In this document: positions 1 to 11,338 of the stretch, in pieces | How positions within the stretch are numbered: the first letter of the stretch is position 1 | Layout of the letters: each line of letters starts with the position of its first letter | Assembly: GCA_002269645.1 (NCBI GenBank) | Contig: NIVC01002599.1 | Span: forward strand, 1 to 64,000 | Origin: Macrostomum lignano | Taxonomy: Eukaryota | DNA length: 64,000 nt | Direction of reading: 5' to 3' | Position numbers and translations under genes: made by a program | The notes under the pieces: generated by a model | Seen by the model: the letters and a program-made list of their open reading frames with translations, nothing else | Databases searched by the model: none | What the model was told of the DNA's origin: nothing

Positions 1-141
1 GCGCGATTTGGAGGTGGGGTGGGTGTCAACCCTCCTCGCCTCTCATTGGCTGGCGCCCCGATCACTAGGTGATCGATACCCGTATCGATATCGGCGACTC
101 GAACCCGCGACCCTCCCAGCCGCAGGCGCACCTACCGATAT

Positions 142-203
142 TAGATCCCAATAAATCAATCAGATCCCAAATCAATCAGATCCCAAATCAATCAGATCCC
201 AAG
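142..203 (+). repeat. 16-bp subterminal tandem repeat (gatcccaaatcaatca), about 3-4 copies; mirrored at about 8557-8620
   Basis: Read directly: agatcccaataaatcaatcagatcccaaatcaatcagatcccaaatcaatcagatccc. Confidence 0.9.
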
Positions 204-2529
204 CGCACCCTCCCGAGCCGCAGGCGCCCATGCAGCAGGCGCCATGCCGCAGGCACCCCGAGTGTACACTCTCCCGATATGTGTGTACACCGATATGTAG
301 TCATCGATACGGGCCTCTTCCCCTCTCTCACCTACATCTCAACTAGCGAAATCGAACCCAGGTCGCGCCCATACTAGGACACTACACGGTTGTGGGGTAT
401 AGGGAGCGAGAAGTTTCAACCCTAACGCTGACGCAGCCCTGTACAGTGAGAGTGTACGGGCAGAGAGGGGTGGGGCGGACAGAGAACCAGCCACTAGGTT
501 GTTATACTGTTGAAGCATAGGGAGCGAGAAGTTTTAACCCCGATGCTGACGCAGCCCTGTACACTGAGCGTGTACGGGCAGAGGGTGGGTGGAAAGAGAT
601 GTGAATAACACAGCCTGCTGCAGGAGCCGGATAGAGAGGCGCATGCTAGGACAGAGAGGTAGTGTGAGTCACACACACCCCACAGAGAAAGCCATACAGA
701 GGATAGAGAGCTCCCTCCCCAGTTGCAGGGGACAGAGAGGCAGGCAGGGTATGCAGGGGCATGCGAACCGTCAAGGGGCCACGCGAGGATAGAGTGGAGG
801 AGCAGAGATGTGTTTGGACAGAGAGCCAGCCACGTGTGCGTAGTGTGAGGGAACAGAAACATATGGAGCAGGAGGGAGATAGGAAGCAAACGCGCAGGGT
901 AAGGGAGCCATGCAGCAGGGAGCAGTGTACAGTGAGACACGGGCAGGGGTGGAGCCGTGCGTGGACAGAGCTGAACGGCACGGTCAGCTGCAGGAATAGG
1001 ATGATAGAGAGGCGCGGAGGGGGACAGAGAGCAGTGTGCAGGGTAGGCAGCCACGCAGGCTGGGGAACAGAGAGGCGCGTGTCAGCCAGTTACAGCCCGG
1101 GACAGAGAAGTATGAAGGGGGGCCTGGGACAGAGAAGTATGAAGGGGGGCCTGGGACAGAGTTGCGAGCAAGGCACAGAGAGAGGTAGGGTCCGGTAGCT
1201 ATGTATAGGCAGGGACCCACGCGAGGGCAGGACAGGGCAAAGCATGCAAATTACATGCAAGGGCAGTGAGGTGTGCGCGGAGGGAGACAGAGAGCAGTGT
1301 GTAGGGGTAGGTAACAGCAAACTTTAGTAGAGGCGCGTGCGGGGACGGAGAAACCAGTCTGAGCGTACAGAGACGTTACAGAGAGGTACACAAACAGAGA
1401 CCAAAGCGGGCAGAGCACGTGTAGGGACAGAGACGTGAGGGAGAATAGACCAAAACACGCTATGTATTTTCAAAAGTTGGTTTTAGTGCAGCATATTTAA
1501 TAGCGGGTAGTATAATAGTATGTACATAGTAGGTATAATGGTAGTAATAATAGTAAGTATATTAGCCCAAAAGGTAGGCTAAAACAGGCTAAACTGTGTG
1601 TACGCATCCTCATCACCCCACAAGCCCCCTCTCCCGCCAGACTCACTCTTCCATACCCTCCTGTATTGCTGTATGAAGGAAAATATAGTGTAAAAATACA
1701 GATCTTAACCGTCAGACCGCTGAAATCAGGGCACACTAGAGGGGTTTCGGGGTCTGCATGCTCTATGTAAGCTGTTTCAATTATGTTTTGAAAAAACTAG
1801 GGGCTTAAATACAACGTTTTATTCAAAAAGTAGGTTATTTTAATGAAATAGCTGACACAATCATTGTCGAGAGTAGAAATTTTTATAAGAAACCAGGCAT
1901 TTTAGCAAAAATAAACCTTCAAACCACATAAAATTGAATAAAAAGCAGACATTTTCAATTATAAACCGCAAGTATTTTAATAGAAAAGTAAGCAAACAAG
2001 GCACAAAACCAGCAAATTTTACCTTTTTATTTTAATGTTACTGATAAGGTAGAGAGTAGAAACTTGTGAGCTGTACGGAGTTAGAAAGTATTAACCATTA
2101 TGTATCGTATGAATTATTAGTTCAGTACCAGCCATTGGTCAAGCGAGCATTTATGAAGTTATTACGAGTGATGAAGGGATAGAGAGCTATATACAGGAAG
2201 ACAGTATCCTTCTAAACCACCACGAACAGATTGCTAATAGAGATAAGCTTTGTCTGTGTGCAGTATGAGTAAGCGAAGGCGGGGCAAATACTTTTCCACA
2301 TGCCGGACAGAACAGTATTGTGCTAGGATTTCTCTCGAAATCACGGTACGTTACTAGTTTTTATCACACCATCCAGATGCGTCAACTAGTCAGCAGTAGT
2401 CATTTATATGTTATTAGAACTTACAAACCCAGGTCAAGTAAATATTACAAAGAGTATATTACGTACACACGCCAACTCCGAATACCAAGCCATACTAGTC
2501 TACTTGCAGTGCTCCTGGAGGGAAGGGAC

Positions 2530-2660
2530 GGCGGGGTGTACACCGGCAGGGTGGGCGTCCAGCGAGTGTACATCTGACAGGATGGGTGTTCAGCAAGTGT
2601 ACATCTGACAGGGTGGGCGTTCAGCAAGTGTACCTTCAGCGTCGAGTAGGTGTACACCCG
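2530..2660 (+). repeat. About 29-bp tandem repeat, 3 copies, inside the arm; mirrored at about 6100-6230
   Basis: Copies of gtgtacatctgacagggtgggcgttcagcaa with variants. Confidence 0.85.
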
Positions 2661-4417
2661 TCAGTGGGGAACTCCACCCCTCCCACCAATGTCGTGTGCA
2701 TGCGGTTAGTCAGTATAGTGGTGGGGTAGACGGTGCAGGAAGGAAACCCAGATGCTGACGCTGCCCTGTACAGCGAGCAACCAGCCCCCTGTAGCAGGAG
2801 GGGGACAGAGAGTGCGTGGAGGCAGTAGGAGATAGAGGACGCTACCCGGCATGTCGCAGCACGCGGCGCGGGACAGAGGCAGTGTGTAAGTCACCCCCGC
2901 GGAGAGAGCTCCCCTGGCAGGAGGCGCGGGACAGAGAGGCGGTGAATCACACCCCACGGAGAGAGCCGTACAACGAGCTTCCCCACCCGAGTCCGGTAAA
3001 TATTACAGAGTATTACGTGCACACACCAGCCCTGAATACCAAGCCATACTAGTCTATCTGCAGTGCTCCCAGAGGGAAGGGATGGTCAGGAGTTACACAC
3101 CAAGAATGCATTCATACAAAGAGTACACAACTCGAGCCCAGACACCAAGTCACAGTCTACTTACAGTAGAGATGGTAGATTAATAGCAAGATTATATTAC
3201 AATTAGACCTCTAGCACATGAGGAGTGAAATTCAATAATAATTGAATTCAATAATAATACAACATTTAGACGTAGTAATTTAATTACAAAATACCACTAA
3301 CACTGAGCCAACGAATTGTAGGTTACAAAGGAGTTGCCACTCATATGGAAAGCCAGTATAATGCAGGTGTGTATTATTAAAACATAGACAAAAACGATGC
3401 AGACGTATATACACACTATTGATTTTGTACATGTACATTTCGGCATATTACCACACATCGCGGGCACATATTATATATCGGGGGATAGGTTAAAATACAC
3501 ACATCGTAGATGTAGAAGCAGACACAATGCAGGAAAATTATGATACGAGTGTACATATTAGTGCGTAAAAGTATCATATTATGACACCCTGTAGCACATA
3601 TTGACATAATGCAGGGGAAAATATTGACAGAAATAGTACACAATTGTAGAGGTAACAACCAGCCAACTAGTAAGGGCATCCAGCACTTGTTCAGGTTTTT
3701 TTTATTTCGAGACGAGTGTCATGCCCCCGCAAGAGATCTTATCAGAAATTTGTTGAACTCCACTGCAACTCTCCCCAGAGCCTCCAAATGGGAGTTTTAA
3801 CACTTGAGGGGATCCCGCTCAATGTACAGTGCGGACGGAGAGGGGTAACAGAAAGCGCTGCATCAGACCGCGGAGCTGCATTCCTCCCCGAGGTAGGCGC
3901 GTCAGCTCCCACTCCTCATTTAACCATCAAGTAAACTAAAGAAGTCAAGCAGAAAGCCTTACAATCACCCGCAACCAGCACAAGTAAGAGTACTTTCCAC
4001 TAGAGAGCCATAGTGCAAGATTCGCGAGCCAAGTTGAAGAAGCACACCAAATTACACTAAAGACATATGTATTAAAAAGCATACCGGCACCTCTACAAAA
4101 ACACAGTATGTACCGATTAAAGTTGCTTTTGGTGCAGTGTATTTAATAAAAAGCAGGTACCTAACACAAAAGTAGGCATCAATGCAGTGCACGGGCTAAA
4201 CTGTATTTACAAACGCAGGGCAACGAACTACACACAATGTAGCGCATAGACATAATTGTACACATAAATGTACGCAATTTCCGGTATATAGGACCAAATG
4301 TACGCAAATGTACACAATGTACACAAACACACACACACTCAGGCGTATTCACAGCAAGAGCTTCCTGCATGGCGCCATCGCCTGCGGCGATCGTGCTGCA
4401 GGATGCGCTGCAGGATG

Positions 4418-7400
4418 CGCCTGAGTGTGTGTGTGTTTGTGTACATTGTGTACATTTGCGTACATTTGGTCCTATATACCGGAAATTGCGTACATTTATG
4501 TGTACAATTATGTCTATGCGCTACATTGTGTGTAGTTCGTTGCCCTGCGTTTGTAAATACAGTTTAGCCCGTGCACTGCATTGATGCCTACTTTTGTGTT
4601 AGGTACCTGCTTTTTATTAAATACACTGCACCAAAAGCAACTTTAATCGGTACATACTGTGTTTTTGTAGAGGTGCCGGTATGCTTTTTAATACATATGT
4701 CTTTAGTGTAATTTGGTGTGCTTCTTCAACTTGGCTCGCGAATCTTGCACTATGGCTCTCTAGTGGAAAGTACTCTTACTTGTGCTGGTTGCGGGTGATT
4801 GTAAGGCTTTCTGCTTGACTTCTTTAGTTTACTTGATGGTTAAATGAGGAGTGGGAGCTGACGCGCCTACCTCGGGGGAGGAATGCAGCTCCGCGGTCTG
4901 ATGCAGCGCTTTCTGTTACCCCTCTCCGTCCGCACTGTACATTGAGCGGGATCCCCTCAAGTGTTAAAACTCCATTTGGAGGCTCTGGGAGAGTTGCAGT
5001 GGAGTTCAACAAATTTCTGATAAGATCTCTTGCGGGGGCATGACACTCGTCTCGAAATAAAAAAAACCTGAACAAGTGCTGGATGCCCTTACTAGTTGGC
5101 TGGTTGTTACCTCTACAATTGTGTACTATTTCTGTCAATATTTTCCCCTGCATTATGTCAATATGTGCTACAGGGTGTCATAATATGATACTTTTACGCA
5201 CTAATATGTACACTCGTATCATAATTTTCCTGCATTGTGTCTGCTTCTACATCTACGATGTGTGTATTTTAACCTATCCCCGATATATAATATGTGCCCG
5301 CGATGTGTGGTAATATGCCGAAATGTACATGTACAAAATCAATAGTGTGTATATACGTCTGCATCGTTTTTGTCTATGTTTTAATAATACACACCTGCAT
5401 TATACTGGCTTTCCATATGAGTGGCAACTCCTTTGTAACCTACAATTCGTTGGCTCAGTGTTAGTGGTATTTTGTAATTAAATTACTACGTCTAAATGTT
5501 GTATTATTATTGAATTCAATTATTATTGAATTTCACTCCTCATGTGCTAGAGAGGTCTAATTGTAATATAATCTTGCTATTAATCTACCATCTCTACTGT
5601 AAGTAGACTGTGACTTGGTGTCTGGGCTCGAGTTGTGTACTCTTTGTATGAATGCATTCTTGGTGTGTAACTCCTGACCATCCCTTCCCTCTGGGAGCAC
5701 TGCAGATAGACTAGTATGGCTTGGTATTCAGGGCTGGTGTGTGCACGTAATACTCTGTAATATTTACCGGACTCGGGTGGGGAAGCTCGTTGTACGGCTC
5801 TCTCCGTGGGGTGTGATTCACCGCCTCTCTGTCCCGCGCCTCCTGCCAGGGGAGCTCTCTCCGCGGGGGTGACTTACACACTGCCTCTGTCCCGCGCCGC
5901 GTGCTGCGACATGCCGGGTAGCGTCCTCTATCTCCTACTGCCTCCACGCACTCTCTGTCCCCCTCCTGCTACAGGGGGCTGGTTGCTCGCTGTACAGGGC
6001 AGCGTCAGCATCTGGGTTTCCTTCCTGCACCGTCTACCCCACCACTATACTGACTAACCGCATGCACACGACATTGGTGGGAGGGGTGGAGTTCCCCACT
6101 GACGGGTGTACACCTACTCGACGCTGAAGGTACACTTGCTGAACGCCCACCCTGTCAGATGTACACTTGCTGAACACCCATCCTGTCAGATGTACACTCG
6201 CTGGACGCCCACCCTGCCGGGTGTACACCCGCCGTCCCTTCCCTCCAGGAGCACTGCAAGTAGACTAGTATGGCTTGGTATTCGGAGTTGGCGTGTGTAC
6301 GTAATATACTCTTTGTAATATTTACTTGACCTGGGTTTGTAAGTTCTAATAACATATAAATGACTACTGCTGACTAGTTGACGCATCTGGATGGTGTGAT
6401 AAAAACTAGTAACGTACCGTGATTTCGAGAGAAATCCTAGCACAATACTGTTCTGTCCGGCATGTGGAAAAGTATTTGCCCCGCCTTCGCTTACTCATAC
6501 TGCACACAGACAAAGCTTATCTCTATTAGCAATCTGTTCGTGGTGGTTTAGAAGGATACTGTCTTCCTGTATATAGCTCTCTATCCCTTCATCACTCGTA
6601 ATAACTTCATAAATGCTCGCTTGACCAATGGCTGGTACTGAACTAATAATTCATACGATACATAATGGTTAATACTTTCTAACTCCGTACAGCTCACAAG
6701 TTTCTACTCTCTACCTTATCAGTAACATTAAAATAAAAAGGTAAAATTTGCTGGTTTTGTGCCTTGTTTGCTTACTTTTCTATTAAAATACTTGCGGTTT
6801 ATAATTGAAAATGTCTGCTTTTTATTCAATTTTATGTGGTTTGAAGGTTTATTTTTGCTAAAATGCCTGGTTTCTTATAAAAATTTCTACTCTCGACAAT
6901 GATTGTGTCAGCTATTTCATTAAAATAACCTACTTTTGAATAAAACGTTGTATTTAAGCCCTAGTTTTTTCAAAACATAATTGAAACAGCTTACATAGAG
7001 CATGCAGACCCCGAAACCCCTCTAGTGTGCCCTGATTTCAGCGGTCTGACGGTTAAGATCTGTATTTTTACACTATATTTTCCTTCATACAGCAATACAG
7101 GAGGGTATGGAAGAGTGAGTCTGGCGGGAGAGGGGCTTGTGGGGTGATGAGGATGCGTACACACAGTTTAGCCTGTTTTAGCCTACCTTTTGGGCTAATA
7201 TACTTACTATTATTACTACCATTATACCTACTATGTACATACTATTATACTACCCGCTATTAAATATGCTGCACTAAAACCAACTTTTGAAAATACATAG
7301 CGTGTTTTGGTCTATTCTCCCTCACGTCTCTGTCCCTACACGTGCTCTGCCCGCTTTGGTCTCTGTTTGTGTACCTCTCTGTAACGTCTCTGTACGCTCA

Positions 7401-8759
7401 GACTGGTTTCTCCGTCCCCGCACGCGCCTCTACTAAAGTTTGCTGTTACCTACCCCTACACACTGCTCTCTGTCTCCCTCCGCGCACACCTCACTGCCCT
7501 TGCATGTAATTTGCATGCCTTGCATGCCCTGTCCTGCCCTCGCGTGGGTCCCTGCCTATACATAGCTACCGGACCCTACCTCTCTCTGTGCCTTGCTCGC
7601 AACTCTGTCCCAGGCCCCCTTCATACTTCTCTGTCCCAGGCCCCCTTCATACTTCTCTGTCCCGGGCTGTAACTGGCTGACACGCGCCTCTCTGTTCCCC
7701 AGCCTGCGTGGCTGCCTACCCTGCACACTGCTCTCTGTCCCCCTCCGCGCCTCTCTATCATCTATTCCTGCAGCTGACCGTGCCGTTCAGCTCTGTCCAC
7801 GCACGGCTCCACCCCTGCCCGTGTCTCACTGTACACTGCTCCCTGCTGCATGGCTCCCTTACCCTGCGCGTTTGCTTCCTATCTCCCTCCTGCTCCATAT
7901 GTTTCTGTTCCCTCACACTACGCACACGTGGCTGGCTCTCTGTCCAAACACATCTCTGCTCCTCCACTCTATCCTCGCGTGGCCCCTTGACGGTTCGCAT
8001 GCCCCTGCATACCCTGCCTGCCTCTCTGTCCCTGCAACTGGGAGGGAGCTCTCTATCCTCTGTATGGCTTTCTCTGTGGGGTGTGTGTGACTCACACTAC
8101 CTCTCTGTCCTAGCATGCGCCTCTCTATCCGGCTCCTGCAGCAGGCTGTGTTATTCACATCTCTTTCCACCCACCCTCTGCCCGTACACGCTCAGTGTAC
8201 AGGGCTGCGTCAGCATCGGGGTTAAAACTTCTCGCTCCCTATGCTTCAACAGTATAACAACCTAGTGGCTGGTTCTCTGTCCGCCCCACCCTCTCTGCCG
8301 TACACTCTCACTGTACAGGGCTGCGTCAGCGTTAGGGTTGAAACTTCTCGCTCCCTATACCCCACAACCGTGTAGTGTCCTAGTATGGGCGCGACCTGGG
8401 TTCGATTTCGCTAGTTGAGATGTAGGTGAGAGAGGGGAAGAGGCCCGTATCGATGACTACATATCGGTGTACACACATATCGGGAGAGTGTACACTCGGG
8501 GTGCCTGCGGCATGGGCGCCTGCTGCATGGGCGCCTGCGGCTCGGGAGGGTGCGCTTGGGATCTGATTGATTTGGGATCTGATTGATTTGGGATCTGATT
8601 GATTTATTGGGATCTAATATCGGTAGGTGCGCCTGCGGCTGGGGAGGGTCGCGGGTTCGAGTCGCCGATATCGATACGGGTATCGATCACCTAGTGATCG
8701 GGGCGCCAGCCAATGAGAGGCGAGGAGGGTTGACACCCACCCCACCTCCAAAATCGCGC
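4418..8759 (-). repeat. Right arm of the giant inverted repeat; the true end may be about 8781-8783
   Basis: Mirror of 1-4345. Pairing starts at cgcctgagtgtgtgtgtgtttgt (4418), the complement of acaaacacacacacactcaggcg ending at 4345. Confidence 0.97.
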
Positions 8760-9888
8760 CTTACGGAATCCCTTAGTAGTGGGAACTGCTGCTTCCCTTA
8801 GACTGGCCCCCGCTGTGAACCCCCGCCTTTCAATGCTTGTTGCAGTACAATGCTTTTTTGCTTTTCCCCCTTAATTTGTTTCAAGCTCAGACAATTTTCA
8901 CTATACCTGCTACCGACTGATTCCTGCAGGGCAACCTGCTTGACAAGAGTCACAGACAAATGCGAATTACGGATGAAAAATCTTTTTTAAGATTAAAAAT
9001 TTATTGTTTTTGTGTTTGTTTCTTAAAATTTCCATGAACTTTGGGGGTCCAACCCCCTGTAAATGAGTGTATATGCTTGACAAGGACTTTTACTAGTTAA
9101 ATCTGCCTCGGGACGCTTTTATTCAACCCTTCACGTTTCCATTGGCAACAAAAGTTTCTGGATAAAATTCCTTCTCACACGCTGATCAAACAGTGCTTGC
9201 CGTGGAGAAGCCTATCTATCTGCTGGTACGTCGGCTGATCGAAGCCCAGTCAAGCAGGACAGCAATAAGACCCTGTCACAGCCCATGCAGTCTGAATCCG
9301 GTCGATTGTTTAATCAGTTTGAACCTATATGGAACAGTTGCAGTTGTAATTGCAATTGGCAAACGTGAGAGTCATTTCTAAGAAAATCGAGTCTAACGTC
9401 CTTCTATTTCAGCAGTTGAAAGACGCAATTTTTGCTTTCATATTCCATCTTTATCGAGAATGGAAGTTTTAAATTTTTGGCACTAAATTAACAATTTCTT
9501 ACCGATTGTGGACTTAAAATTTGCAAGTATTTCGATAAAAGCTAAATTTGAAAGTTGACCAATTTAAATTTTGAAAATGCATCGATTGAAGATTGGAAAC
9601 TGTGAGTGTTTTTTTTCCTGTGTTTATATGTTTCTCATCACGGATTTTTCGTCACTTTTTACATCAGTTATGCGATTTGATTGCTCACTTGATGGCAGTG
9701 TGAACAAGTCCTCAGTGTTGTTATCCAATGAATGCTGTAATCATGTAGGAATTACTGAGAGGTCAAGGCTCATGGGGGTTTTCTGAAATGCTGTGACTCA
9801 TGTGGGTTAAAAGTTACATGCAGTTTATTCAAAAAATTTTACTCCTCTGTTTGTTGCCTCCCCAGCGGGGGGGGGGCAGATGGCTAGT

Positions 9889-10060
9889 CCACTATACTAA
9901 AATGGTTTGTCCGTATCCAGGTAGGTAGGTAGCTATGTAATTGATTTCAGAAAAAACGGTTCAACGGATTTTAATGAAACTTACTCCTCTCGATCAGAAA
10001 ATTTCCTGCGAAATTCATTTTTAGCAAGATGGCAAGTTTTTTGCTTTTTTAAAGCACAGA
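9889..10060 (+). mobile_element. Possible non-autonomous Helitron/DINE-1-like fragment; 3' end not identified
   Basis: ctatactaaaatggtttgtccgtatcc followed by a short (aggt)n run and aaaacggttcaacggattttaatgaaactt resembles the 5' end and core motif of such elements. This rests on recall of the motif only. Confidence 0.3.
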
Positions 10061-11338
10061 ATTTCCAATATCTCACCTTCTGGACTAGTGAATTCCAGAT
10101 GGAGCAAGCGTGTGGTTTTTTCAATATTGATGCATATGGTTATCAAGATATTATTGTCTTTGTTTGTCAAGAAGGCGCTTGCCAGACAATCGTTATCACA
10201 CACTGGAACCGCTGATTATTTATCCATTGTTCAAAATTTCTATGGTAATTTACGTTAAGGCAATGACATTCAAGCAATGACCAGTCATTGTTTGAAATTA
10301 ACAATAAAGCAATTTACCGGGATATCATTCTAGAAAACGAACCAGTCTATGAGCGTAAAATAAAAGTCTATGGTTGTAAGTAGGGGGCTTCGCCCCCACA
10401 CCCCCATTCCCCCTTCCCACTCCTGATGGGGAGGGGGAATTTGATCCTGATGAACAAATTGACCAATGAATTTAGCTGGAAGTGAGAAAACATGGTAATG
10501 GCCAACCCCCCTATTGCGTTCTAAGTTCTTTAGCGTAATTTTTCTAGACGCTGTTTTGTCTATGGTGAAACATGGCTCTGTATTTAAACTGTACATAGAG
10601 AACTTGGATCATCCATCTCGGTCAAAAGACATGATTGCTTTATTTGAAATACCGAAGTCGCTGCAATCTAATTATGACAAGCAGGCGGGGCTTTTTTCTT
10701 CTTCAGCAGCCCCCGAGAGGAAAATGGCATCTTGCTGGTTAAAAGCAGCTGTGAGCCGGGCAGGACAAGGGCAGAATGGCAATTTCTCTCTTCTCTCTCC
10801 TCTCTCTAGTCCAGAGGAAACAATGGCTTAGAATAAAATTCAGCCCCATGCAGTCCAGTTGCCGGGCTGCGAGGAGGGGAGGATGGCGCCACGACTAGGT
10901 GCGGAAAAGCTCTCTGAAGAGCGGATAGGAGCGGGAAACGGGAGCCACTAGAAGAATATTGGGGGGGGGGGTGAACGCACTGACACGCTGCCCATGTGCC
11001 GGCCGTCTCCGTTGTCTCCCAGGCGATTCCAGGCTCCTCTCTATGTTATATAGGAGGCACATTTGCCAAGTAGTTGAAGGCTATGAAAATCCAACTCACC
11101 CTTTGCTCCTCACGAATTTGAGTCCGCGCTGATTGGTCAGGGTGATAAGTGGAGCAGATCGCATTATCCACCCGTTCTTGTCCCAAGCCCTAGCTATATC
11201 TCCAGGGCAATTGGGGATTCGGACTGGAAGGTCATCCAGGTCAGAGTGAGCTACCGGATATTCTGCAGAGCTGCTTTGCCATACGAACTTCAAACTGGCT
11301 GAGCCGCCTGCCCAGCAGCAGCCGCAGCGGCCACCAAC

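Larger units (their letters stand above)
1..4345 (+). repeat. Left arm of a giant inverted repeat; it extends past the window start
   Basis: The arm is the reverse complement of 4418-8759: gcgcgatttggaggtgggg at 1 matches ccccacctccaaaatcgcgc ending at 8759. The ORF track shows mirrored identical ORFs (2706-2957 - and 5806-6057 +; 2816-3052 + and 5711-5947 -). The arms differ mainly by scattered 1-bp homopolymer indels and a small indel plus substitution near 1240/7520. Confidence 0.97.
1..8781. mobile_element. Putative non-autonomous foldback element, possibly CACTA/EnSpm (CMC)-derived
   Basis: It is a whole-element palindrome with no transposase ORF and with subterminal short repeats. The right side ends in ccttagtagtg (8771-8781), whose reverse complement is CACTACTAAGG, a CACTA-type terminus. 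The left end is outside the window, so the TSD cannot be checked. Confidence 0.35.

Noticed and set aside
4346-4417. Missed PacBio adapter at the palindrome centre
   Set aside because: The spacer does not resemble the SMRTbell adapter (ATCTCTCTC...GAGAGAGAT). Other artefact routes are not excluded.
494-8265. ORFs of 60-186 aa in the palindrome arms, including the 109-aa ORF at 4824-5153
   Set aside because: They have no recognisable motifs, they are low complexity, and their frames differ between the arms. No transposase, polymerase or capsid signature was seen.
8775-8780. AGTAGT as a Polinton/Maverick terminus
   Set aside because: The orientation is wrong for the palindrome's right end, and no Polinton genes follow.
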